Below, one piece after another: positions 5,724 through 12,196 of a stretch of 12,196 nucleotides of DNA. A program made the position numbers and the translations under genes. The notes below the pieces were generated by a model. The model made no database searches, was not told the DNA's origin, and worked only from the letters and a program-made list of their open reading frames with translations. The number at the start of each line of letters is the position of its first letter. Position 1 is the stretch's first letter. Source of the DNA: Archangiaceae bacterium (lineage in GTDB: Bacteria > Myxococcota > Myxococcia > Myxococcales > Myxococcaceae); assembly GCA_043750125.1 (NCBI GenBank), contig JAYVCD010000428.1:1-12196 (forward strand). Direction: 5' to 3'.

Positions 5724-7678
5724 GCGGCCGCTCCGCTCAACACCAGCCGCGCGACATCGAGAATGAAGACCGGGCGGCCGTTGCCCAGAATGGTGACTCC
5801 GGCGAGGCCCGGCACCTGGTCCAGCGGCTTGGTCAGGGCCTTCAACACCACCTCTTCCTGCCCGAGCAGACGGTCGACCTCGAGCGCCACCCGGCCTTCA
5901 TCGCTGTCGACGACCACGAAGAACCGCGAGGCGTCGTCGACCGCCGTCCCTGCGGGAAGCTCGAGCAGGCTCGCCAGCGGGTGAACGGGAACCATCGCGG
6001 TGCCGAACGCGAGCAGGGAATTCTGCTGGCTGAACGAGAGCTTCGAAGGGCGCTCTTCCACGACTCCCAGGACCTTGGCGATGGGGAGGCCGAGAATTTC
6101 GCGGCCGACTCCGACCAGCAGCAGGTTCACCACCGCGACGGTCAACGGAAGGTGAAGCCGAATGGTCGTCCCGTGCCCGAGCGTGCTCTCGATTTCCAGG
6201 GTGCCGCCCGCGCTTTCGACCGCGCGCTTCACCGCGTCCATTCCGACGCTCCGGCCCGAGATGTCAGTCACGTCGTTGGCGGTGGACACTCCGGGAAGGC
6301 AACACAGCATCAGCGCCGCCTGGGGGGAGAGGCGGGCGGCCTCTTCGGCAGTGTACAGCCCTCGCTCTACCGCGGCGGCGCGCAGCTTCTGGCCGTCCAT
6401 CCCACGGCCATCGTCTTCCACCTCGAGGACGACGCGATCGCGGTTGCGTCGAACGTTGAGTCGGACGATTCCACGGGCGGATTTTCCGACGGCGATCCGT
6501 TCGTCGGGCGTCTCGATGCCGTGGTCAATCGCGTTTCGCAGCAGGTGGAGCAAGGGGTCCGCCAGCTCGTCGATGATCGCCCGGTCGAGCTCGATTTCCG
6601 TGCCCGAGAGCTTGAGCTCGACGTCTCGATTGCGGCGCCGCGCGATGTCGCGGCTGGCGCGCGGAAGGCGATCCGTCACCACTGCCAGCGGGGTCATTCG
6701 CGCCTTCATCACCTTGTCGTGCAGCTCACGCACCAGCGCGTGAAGCCGATCGACCGACTCGTCCAGCGGAGGGCGCGCGCTCGCCGGCAGGCTCTTGCCC
6801 ACTTCCCGGACCCGCGCGGTCGCAAGCAACAGCTCGCCCGCGGCGTCGAGGAATTGATCCAGCAGCTCGGTGCGAACGCGAACGGTGCGGGCGGGTTCCT
6901 GGCCGACGGACCGGGGGGCTTCAGGCTCTACCGTCGGCGCCGGCTCCGCGCCGACCGGGCGCACCGTCAGCACTTCCACGTCGGCGATGGTGCTCAAGAT
7001 TTGAGACACCTTCTGCTCGCCGCTCGCGGTTTCCAGCTCGAGGGTGATGACCCCTTCGACGAGCTTGCCCGCCTTCACTTCGTCCAGCGGAGGCCGGAGG
7101 TCGAACACCTGGCCCAGCGTCGACAGCCGCTTGTAGACGAGGAACCCGCGCACTCCGGGAGTCGCGCAGCGAGGCGAAATCCGGACCTTCACCACCAGCC
7201 GCGGGTGGGTCGGCCCCAGGGGCGCGGGCGGGGGAAGGTCAGGCGAAGGAAGGGGGAACGGCACCGCGGTGGGCGGTCGATTGCCCAGCTGGACCAGGCG
7301 GGCATCGAAGCGCTCGAGCAGCTCGGGAAAAGCGGCAAAGGGGAGGGCCGCGCTGGCGCTCTTCACGTGCGCCATCAGGCCGTCGACGCCAGCGAGCAGC
7401 AAGTCCACGTCGGTGCGCAGCATCAGCTGCGGCTGGTCACGAACGATCGAAAGCAGATCTTCGAGGCGGTGCGAGAGCGTCGTGGTGGCCTCGTACCCCA
7501 TCGAGGCGGCCATGCCCTTGACCGAGTGCGCGTGGCGAAACAGCGCATCGACGGCCTCGACCCGAGCGCTGGGCGGGAGGTTCTCGAAGGCCGCCAGCTC
7601 GCGACTGAGCGCCTCGAGGTGCTCGGTCGCTTCACCGATGAACAACGCGAGGTACTTCGAGGTGTCGACAGGCGGCAG
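5720..7678 (-). CDS. difE: Chemotaxis histidine kinase CheA (DifE-like)
   Basis: Hpt LFRHAHSVKGMA, P2-like region, dimerisation domain TVRVRTELLD, N-box HLLRNAIDHG, G1 EDDGRG, G2 SGRSVG, C-terminal CheW-like P5. Start extended from TTG 7645 to CTG 7678 to include DTSKYLALF. Confidence 0.93.
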   Translation of the reverse strand: MPPVDTSKYLALFIGEATEHLEALSRELAAFENLPPSARVEAVDALFRHAHSVKGMAASMGYEATTTLSHRLEDLLSIVRDQPQLMLRTDVDLLLAGVDGLMAHVKSASAALPFAAFPELLERFDARLVQLGNRPPTAVPFPLPSPDLPPPAPLGPTHPRLVVKVRISPRCATPGVRGFLVYKRLSTLGQVFDLRPPLDEVKAGKLVEGVITLELETASGEQKVSQILSTIADVEVLTVRPVGAEPAPTVEPEAPRSVGQEPARTVRVRTELLDQFLDAAGELLLATARVREVGKSLPASARPPLDESVDRLHALVRELHDKVMKARMTPLAVVTDRLPRASRDIARRRNRDVELKLSGTEIELDRAIIDELADPLLHLLRNAIDHGIETPDERIAVGKSARGIVRLNVRRNRDRVVLEVEDDGRGMDGQKLRAAAVERGLYTAEEAARLSPQAALMLCCLPGVSTANDVTDISGRSVGMDAVKRAVESAGGTLEIESTLGHGTTIRLHLPLTVAVVNLLLVGVGREILGLPIAKVLGVVEERPSKLSFSQQNSLLAFGTAMVPVHPLASLLELPAGTAVDDASRFFVVVDSDEGRVALEVDRLLGQEEVVLKALTKPLDQVPGLAGVTILGNGRPVFILDVARLVLSGAAA

Positions 7679-7682
7679 GGTT

Positions 7683-8051
7683 TTACGCCTCGCCGAGGAC
7701 CTTCTTCACCACGGCGAGGACGTCTTCAGCGCGGGGCGGCTTGACGATGAAGTCCACTGCGCCCGCTTCGATCGCTTCCATCACCATCGCTTCCTGGCCC
7801 AGTGCGCTGCACATCACCACGACCGCTTTCCCGTCGACTTTGAGGATTTCCCGAGTCGCCTCGATGCCGTTCTTGAAGGGCATCACCAGGTCCATGGTGG
7901 TCAGGTCGGGCTTGAGCTCTTTGAACTTCGCGATGGCTTCGAGCCCATTGGCGGCCTCGCCGACGACCTCGAAACCCCCCGAGGCGAAGATGTCCTTGAT
8001 GATGTTCCGCATGAAAATGGCGTCATCGACCACCAGGACTCGTTTCGCCAC
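7683..8051 (-). CDS. difD: Single-domain response regulator CheY (DifD-like)
   Basis: 122 aa: VLVVDD, PDLTTMDLVMP (phospho-Asp), CSA, DFIVKP. GGAG precedes the GTG start. Confidence 0.95.
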   Translation of the reverse strand: MAKRVLVVDDAIFMRNIIKDIFASGGFEVVGEAANGLEAIAKFKELKPDLTTMDLVMPFKNGIEATREILKVDGKAVVVMCSALGQEAMVMEAIEAGAVDFIVKPPRAEDVLAVVKKVLGEA

Positions 8052-8094
8052 TTGCAGCTCCCTTCGACCGAGGCTGTTCGGAAGAGGCCGGAGG

Positions 8095-8508
8095 TTAACT
8101 TCTGTTGAAGGCCGCCGCTACAGCGGTGTCGATGCCATCGGGATCCAGCACCGTCACCGCTTGCGCCCCCAGTCGGGCGACTCCCTTGACCGCCGCGGAC
8201 GCCCGGGCGGGAGGCGGTGCAAATTTCTCCAGGGCCTCGATTCCTTCGACGTTCGCGACCAACAGGCCCAGCTCGCGGCGGCCGCGGTCGAGCAAGAGCA
8301 GCTGGGCGCTGGCGGGAGCCGCGACTCCGAGCAAGGCGGACAGCTCGACCACCGTGACGACCCGGCCGCGCAGGTTGATGACCCCTTTGACCGCCGCCGG
8401 GGCGCGGGGAATCCGGGTGAAGATCCCTGGAGCCGGCACCACCTCTCGCACCGCCGAAAGCGCCATCGCGTACAGCCCTTTGTCGACGCGAAAGAGGACG
8501 TGACGCAT
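8095..8508 (-). CDS. difC: CheW coupling protein (DifC-like)
   Basis: 137 aa: VREVV, TRIPRAPAAVKGVINLRGRVVTVVEL, GLLV..VEGI, TVLD. Confidence 0.92.
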   Translation of the reverse strand: MRHVLFRVDKGLYAMALSAVREVVPAPGIFTRIPRAPAAVKGVINLRGRVVTVVELSALLGVAAPASAQLLLLDRGRRELGLLVANVEGIEALEKFAPPPARASAAVKGVARLGAQAVTVLDPDGIDTAVAAAFNRS

Positions 8509-8572
8509 CGGCTCAGCCGCCCCTCAATGAGGAGATTTCACTGCTCTCGGGATGAACGGGACGCGTCCGCAC

Positions 8573-9877
8573 TTAATTGAGCCGGAACCGGCTGACGACG
8601 TTCTGCAGCTCTTCGGAAAGGTTGGTCAGCTCTTGCGCGGCGGCGGTGAGCCTTGCGACCTGCTGACTCTGGCTGTCCATCGCGACGCGCACGCCCTCGG
8701 TCGCGACCACGTTCTGCCGGGCGACGAGTGAAATCTCGGAGATCGCGCCGACCATCGCTTCGCTGCCGCGCTGCTGCTCGCGGGCGGCCTCGGAAATCAG
8801 AGCGACCTTCTCGGCGCCGTCACGGGCGGTGTCGGTGATGCTGCCCATGCTGCGCACGATGGTGGTGAGGTCCTCGCGGCCCTGGGCCAGCTCTTCGATT
8901 CCCTGCTTCATCGCAGCGACGACGGCGGAAGACTGACTCGAGATGTCGCGCGCGAGCCGGGAAATCTGCTCGGCGCTGCGGCCCGCACTCTCGGCGAGCT
9001 TGCGAACCTCGTCGGCCACCACCGCGAAACCCCGGCCGTACTCACCCGCGCGCGCCGCTTCGATGGTGGCGTTGAGCGCCAATAAGTTCGTCTGCTGCGC
9101 GACCTGGGTAATTACGTCGACGATCTTCGAAATTTCCTGGGTCTTCTCACCGAACGCGAAGACTTCCTGGCTCGCGGTCTCGATTCGGCTGAACACCTTC
9201 TTCACCTTGTCCCCGGCCAGCCGGGCGGCGTTGCTTCCCTCTTCAGCCGCGGCCCGGGTCGCGGCGGCAGCCTTCGCCGATTCGTCGGCGCTGGCGGATG
9301 CCCGCACCACCGCGGCGGCCATTCCGGTGATGGTCTTCGAGGCGCGCGCGACCAGCTCGCTTTGCGACTCGGCCCCCTTGGCGATGCTCTTCATCGAGCT
9401 GCCCACTTCGGAGGCCTGCAGGTTCACCGCTTCAGAGCTGCGCGACAGCTCGGTCGCAGAGTCCGCCACCGATTCGGCGGTGTTGTGAATGTGCCGAACG
9501 AGCTCGCGCAGATTTTCCTGCATGTTGGCGATCGCCGCGGCCAGCTCGTCGATGTCGTCGCGCAGTCCTCCGCTCTCGGTGAGGACCGGGCGAGAGAGAT
9601 CTCCGCGCGAGACCTCGAGCGCCGCGTTCGACAGCCGACGCACCCGCGAGACGCCCAGCGACCACGGCAAGGCGACCGCGAGGACCAGGGTGATTCCCAG
9701 CGAGATCGCGACCCGCAGCGACCAGGGCCAGCTTTGTTCCTGCGCCAGGTAGAAGAAGCCGACCAGGCAGCCGCCGAGCACCATGTACCCGGCGAGGATC
9801 TTCATGTGCAGCGACAGCTGGGTGCGCTTTTCGTCCGCGGCCCGAAGCAGCTGAGCCACGGGTTCTCGACGGGCCAT
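8573..9877 (-). CDS. difA: Methyl-accepting chemotaxis protein (DifA-like; two TM helices, no periplasmic sensor domain)
   Basis: Two hydrophobic helices separated by ~10 aa, a HAMP domain ([23 protein letters not shown]) and the signalling hairpin [38 protein letters not shown] 9877 preferred (GTG 9859 possible) over the track start at 10000, which runs through the promoter region. Confidence 0.92.
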   Translation of the reverse strand: MARREPVAQLLRAADEKRTQLSLHMKILAGYMVLGGCLVGFFYLAQEQSWPWSLRVAISLGITLVLAVALPWSLGVSRVRRLSNAALEVSRGDLSRPVLTESGGLRDDIDELAAAIANMQENLRELVRHIHNTAESVADSATELSRSSEAVNLQASEVGSSMKSIAKGAESQSELVARASKTITGMAAAVVRASASADESAKAAAATRAAAEEGSNAARLAGDKVKKVFSRIETASQEVFAFGEKTQEISKIVDVITQVAQQTNLLALNATIEAARAGEYGRGFAVVADEVRKLAESAGRSAEQISRLARDISSQSSAVVAAMKQGIEELAQGREDLTTIVRSMGSITDTARDGAEKVALISEAAREQQRGSEAMVGAISEISLVARQNVVATEGVRVAMDSQSQQVARLTAAAQELTNLSEELQNVVSRFRLN

Positions 9878-9922
9878 CGAAGAAGACGAGCGTTCGCGTA
9901 AGAGAGGAGCCACCGGGGCGCC

Positions 9923-9951
9923 AGTTAAGGCTGGGGAAGGGGGTGCGTCAA
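9923..9951 (-). promoter_or_regulatory. Putative sigma70-type promoter of the dif operon
   Basis: Minus strand TTGACG (9951-9946), 17-nt spacer, TTAACT (9928-9923), about 45 nt upstream of ATG 9877. Confidence 0.55.
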
Positions 9952-9990
9952 AGATGATCCCGGTCTGCTTGCCGAAGAGTTCAAATCGAT

Positions 9991-10010
9991 ATAACAACAT
10001 TCATAGATAT
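9991..10010. promoter_or_regulatory. Candidate SahR-type autoregulatory operator
   Basis: AT-rich 20-bp imperfect palindrome ATAACAACATTCATAGATAT in GC-rich DNA. It resembles the SahR-type motif as I recall it (ATATCAAG-N4-CTTGATAT; 12 of 16 positions match) and overlaps the regulator's ATG. Confidence 0.55.
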
Positions 10011-10926
10011 GGATCTCTCGAAGGCATTCCGGGTGCTGGGTGACCCGACGCGGCTGCGGATCATGCGTTTGCTCAGCGAGACCAAGCTCAATGTCACCGA
10101 GGTGATGCAGGTCGTCGGAGTCGGGCAGTCTTCCGTTTCCCATCACCTGGCCAAGCTCAAAGGGCTCGAGCTGATTCGGGAAGAGCGCCAGTCGGGCTTC
10201 ACCTATTACTCGCTGGCGGTCGAGGTCGATGACCCCCGCTTCCCGCTGATTCGCCTGGCGCGGGACGCCGATGATCAGCACGGGGACGGCGCCCGCCTCA
10301 CCGAGCTGCTCGAGCGCCGCGAAGATCGCCACACGCTGAACGAGAAGCTGCTCGAGCCCGGCCAATCGTGGATGTTGTGGGCCAACGCGCTGTCCAGCCT
10401 GCTGCCTCCGCTCGAGGTGGTCGACTTCGGCTGCGGCACGGGAGTGCTCTCGGTCGAGCTGGCGCGCTGGGCCCACCGGGTCACCGCGATCGACCGCAGC
10501 CCGGTCGCGCTCGAGGCTGCCCGCGTTCGCGCCCGCCGCGAGGGCCTGGGAAACATCCACTTCGTCGAAGCCGACCTCCACGCGCTGCCGAAGAACCTGG
10601 GCGGGAAGGACCTGGTCGTCATCTCGCAGAGCCTGCACCACGTCGAGCAGCCCGAACGGGTGCTGGCCGGAGCCGCCCGGGTGCTCAAGCCCGGAGGCCG
10701 GGTGGTGGTGCTCGAGTTGATGCCGCACGACGAGCAGTGGGTGAAGGCCCGGCTGGGACACCACCACCTGGGCTTCGAGCCTTCCAGCCTCGTCGCGGCG
10801 ATGGGCGCCGCGGGCTTCAGCGACGTTGCGCTCACTCCGTCTGCGCGCGACGGGGGCTCGGCGTTTCGCGCCTTCCTTCTCACCGGGTCGCGCGCCCGTT
10901 CACGCAAGCCCGCGCTGGCTCACTGA
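10009..10926 (+). CDS. sahR: ArsR-family HTH plus SAM-binding methyltransferase-domain transcriptional regulator (SahR-like)
   Basis: N-terminal ArsR ([33 protein letters not shown]), C-terminal class I MTase ([26 protein letters not shown]), directly upstream of metH. Confidence 0.85.
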   Translation: MDLSKAFRVLGDPTRLRIMRLLSETKLNVTEVMQVVGVGQSSVSHHLAKLKGLELIREERQSGFTYYSLAVEVDDPRFPLIRLARDADDQHGDGARLTELLERREDRHTLNEKLLEPGQSWMLWANALSSLLPPLEVVDFGCGTGVLSVELARWAHRVTAIDRSPVALEAARVRARREGLGNIHFVEADLHALPKNLGGKDLVVISQSLHHVEQPERVLAGAARVLKPGGRVVVLELMPHDEQWVKARLGHHHLGFEPSSLVAAMGAAGFSDVALTPSARDGGSAFRAFLLTGSRARSRKPALAH

Positions 10927-10946
10927 AAGCGCAAACAAGGAATTCC

Positions 10947-12011
10947 ATGGACGCGATCTTGAAATCGAAGACTCTCGAGCACCTCTTCTACGAGCGAATC
11001 GTCATCCTCGATGGAGCGATGGGCTCGATGATCCAGACTTTTCCGCTGACCGAGAAGGACTTCCGGGGCGAGCGCTTTGCCGCCCACCCTCAGGATCTCA
11101 AGGGCAACAACGACCTGCTGTGCCTCACCCGGCCCGACGTGATCGAAGCCATCCACGCCCAATATTTTGCCGCCGGCGCCGACGTGGTCGAGACCAACAC
11201 CTTCAGCTCGACTTCCATCGCCCAGGGCGACTACCACCTCGAATCGATCATCACCGACTTGAACCTCGCCGCCGTCGCCTGCGCCCGCCGCGCCGCGAAA
11301 GCCGCCGAAGCGTTGACCCCCGGCCGCCGCTGCTACGTCGCCGGAGCGATCGGCCCCTTGAACCGCACCCTCTCGATGTCCCCCGACGTCAATCGACCCG
11401 ACTACCGCGCGGTCAGCTGGGCCCAGGTGGTGGACGCGTACACCGAGCAGATTCGCGCGCTGCTGCAGGGCGGGGTCGACGCGCTGTTGGTGGAGACCAT
11501 CTTCGACACCCTCAACGCCAAGGCGGCGCTGTTCGCGATCGAGTGCTGCTTCGATGAGGCGAAGCGTCGGGTCCCGGTGATGATCTCCGTCACCATCACC
11601 GACGCCTCGGGTCGCACCCTGTCCGGGCAGACGATCGGCGCCTTCTACAACTCGATTCGCCACGCCAAGCCGTTCAGCGTCGGAATCAACTGCGCGCTGG
11701 GCGGGAAAGAGATGCGGCCCTACATCGAAGAGCTGGCGCAGATCGCCGAATGCTACGTCTCGTGCTACCCGAACGCCGGTCTGCCCAACGCGTTCGGCGG
11801 CTACGACCAGACCCCCGAGCAGATGGCGGCGATCGTCGGCGAGTTCGCAAGCCAGGGCTGGCTGAACATCGTCGGAGGTTGCTGCGGCTCGACTCCCGAG
11901 CACATCGCGGCGATCGCCAAAGCGGTGCGCAAGGCGCCGATGCACCAGGTCCAGGGGATGCCGCCCCAGGTGCTGCGCTTGAGCGGCCTCGAGCCGATGG
12001 TGCTTCCATGA
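10947..12011 (+). CDS. metH: Cobalamin-dependent methionine synthase, stand-alone homocysteine-binding (S-methyltransferase) domain
   Basis: AAGGA RBS then ATG 10947; [33 protein letters not shown], Zn ligands INCALG and [13 protein letters not shown]; 354 aa. Confidence 0.93.
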   Translation: MDAILKSKTLEHLFYERIVILDGAMGSMIQTFPLTEKDFRGERFAAHPQDLKGNNDLLCLTRPDVIEAIHAQYFAAGADVVETNTFSSTSIAQGDYHLESIITDLNLAAVACARRAAKAAEALTPGRRCYVAGAIGPLNRTLSMSPDVNRPDYRAVSWAQVVDAYTEQIRALLQGGVDALLVETIFDTLNAKAALFAIECCFDEAKRRVPVMISVTITDASGRTLSGQTIGAFYNSIRHAKPFSVGINCALGGKEMRPYIEELAQIAECYVSCYPNAGLPNAFGGYDQTPEQMAAIVGEFASQGWLNIVGGCCGSTPEHIAAIAKAVRKAPMHQVQGMPPQVLRLSGLEPMVLP

Positions 12012-12196
12012 GCAAGTCCGAACCGGTTGCGCCCAACGCCGCGCAGTTTTTGATCATCGGTGAGCGCACCAACATCACCGATGATCAAAAACTGCACAAC
12101 ATTAGGCACAACCAATTCAAACTTACTCATAAAAACACCATCAACTCAAAACCACTCAAGCGCAACACCTAAAACAACATCCCCTAAACCTGGTGC
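11942..12196. repeat. 122-bp inverted repeat (arms 11942-12063 and 12075-12196, 11-nt loop) with G->A-only mismatches in the right arm; probable fold-back artefact
   Basis: Manual ungapped alignment of revcomp(11942-12063) to 12075-12196: 29 mismatches, all G->A; 10 G retained. Confidence 0.95.
12008..12079 (+). CDS. metH: 5' end of the second metH subunit (pterin-binding domain onward); partial, cut off by the fold-back
   Basis: ATGA overlap with the previous stop; [24 protein letters not shown] contains the MetH pterin-domain start IGERTN. Sequence after ~12080 is the inverted copy. Confidence 0.75.

Noticed and set aside
5981..7744. 587 aa + strand ORF and other + ORFs across the dif operon
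   Set aside because: Antisense shadows of cheA, cheY, cheW and the MCP gene.
9878..10000. N-terminal extension of the MCP ORF
   Set aside because: Runs through the candidate promoter and operator region; not MCP-like.
10368..10946. N-terminal extension of the metH ORF in the track
   Set aside because: Overlaps the ArsR gene out of frame; ATG 10947 has an RBS and sits where MetH similarity begins.
12075..12196. Low-GC tail as a foreign insert, DGR variable repeat or real protein C-terminus
   Set aside because: Fully explained as a G->A-converted inverted copy of 11942-12063; wrong mutation spectrum for a DGR, and no RT in the window.

Overview
GC-rich window, most likely Myxococcota (inferred from the Dif-type chemosensory cluster, a MYXO-CTERM-like sorting signal and a zf-HC2/Ser-Thr kinase remnant). 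In order: (1) a large minus-strand M15-type peptidoglycan peptidase with a PG-binding domain, Ig-like repeats and anchors at both ends; (2) a ~2.9 kb region of abutting, deleted gene fragments (receiver/histidine kinase, AAA_14-type ATPase, PolA-like, Cys-rich protein, zf-HC2 kinase) surrounding one apparently intact two-gene module (small helical protein plus nucleotidyltransferase, toxin-antitoxin-like); (3) a minus-strand difA-difC-difD-difE-difG (MCP-CheW-CheY-CheA-CheC) operon with no difB, a probable CTG start for difE and a G2-box Gly->Ser change; (4) a divergent SahR-like ArsR/methyltransferase regulator with a candidate operator, followed by a split methionine synthase metH; (5) a terminal 122-nt fold-back inverted copy of 11942-12063 whose 29 mismatches are all G->A, most probably a library or assembly artefact at a contig end. 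All family calls are from motif recognition by eye; no searches were run.
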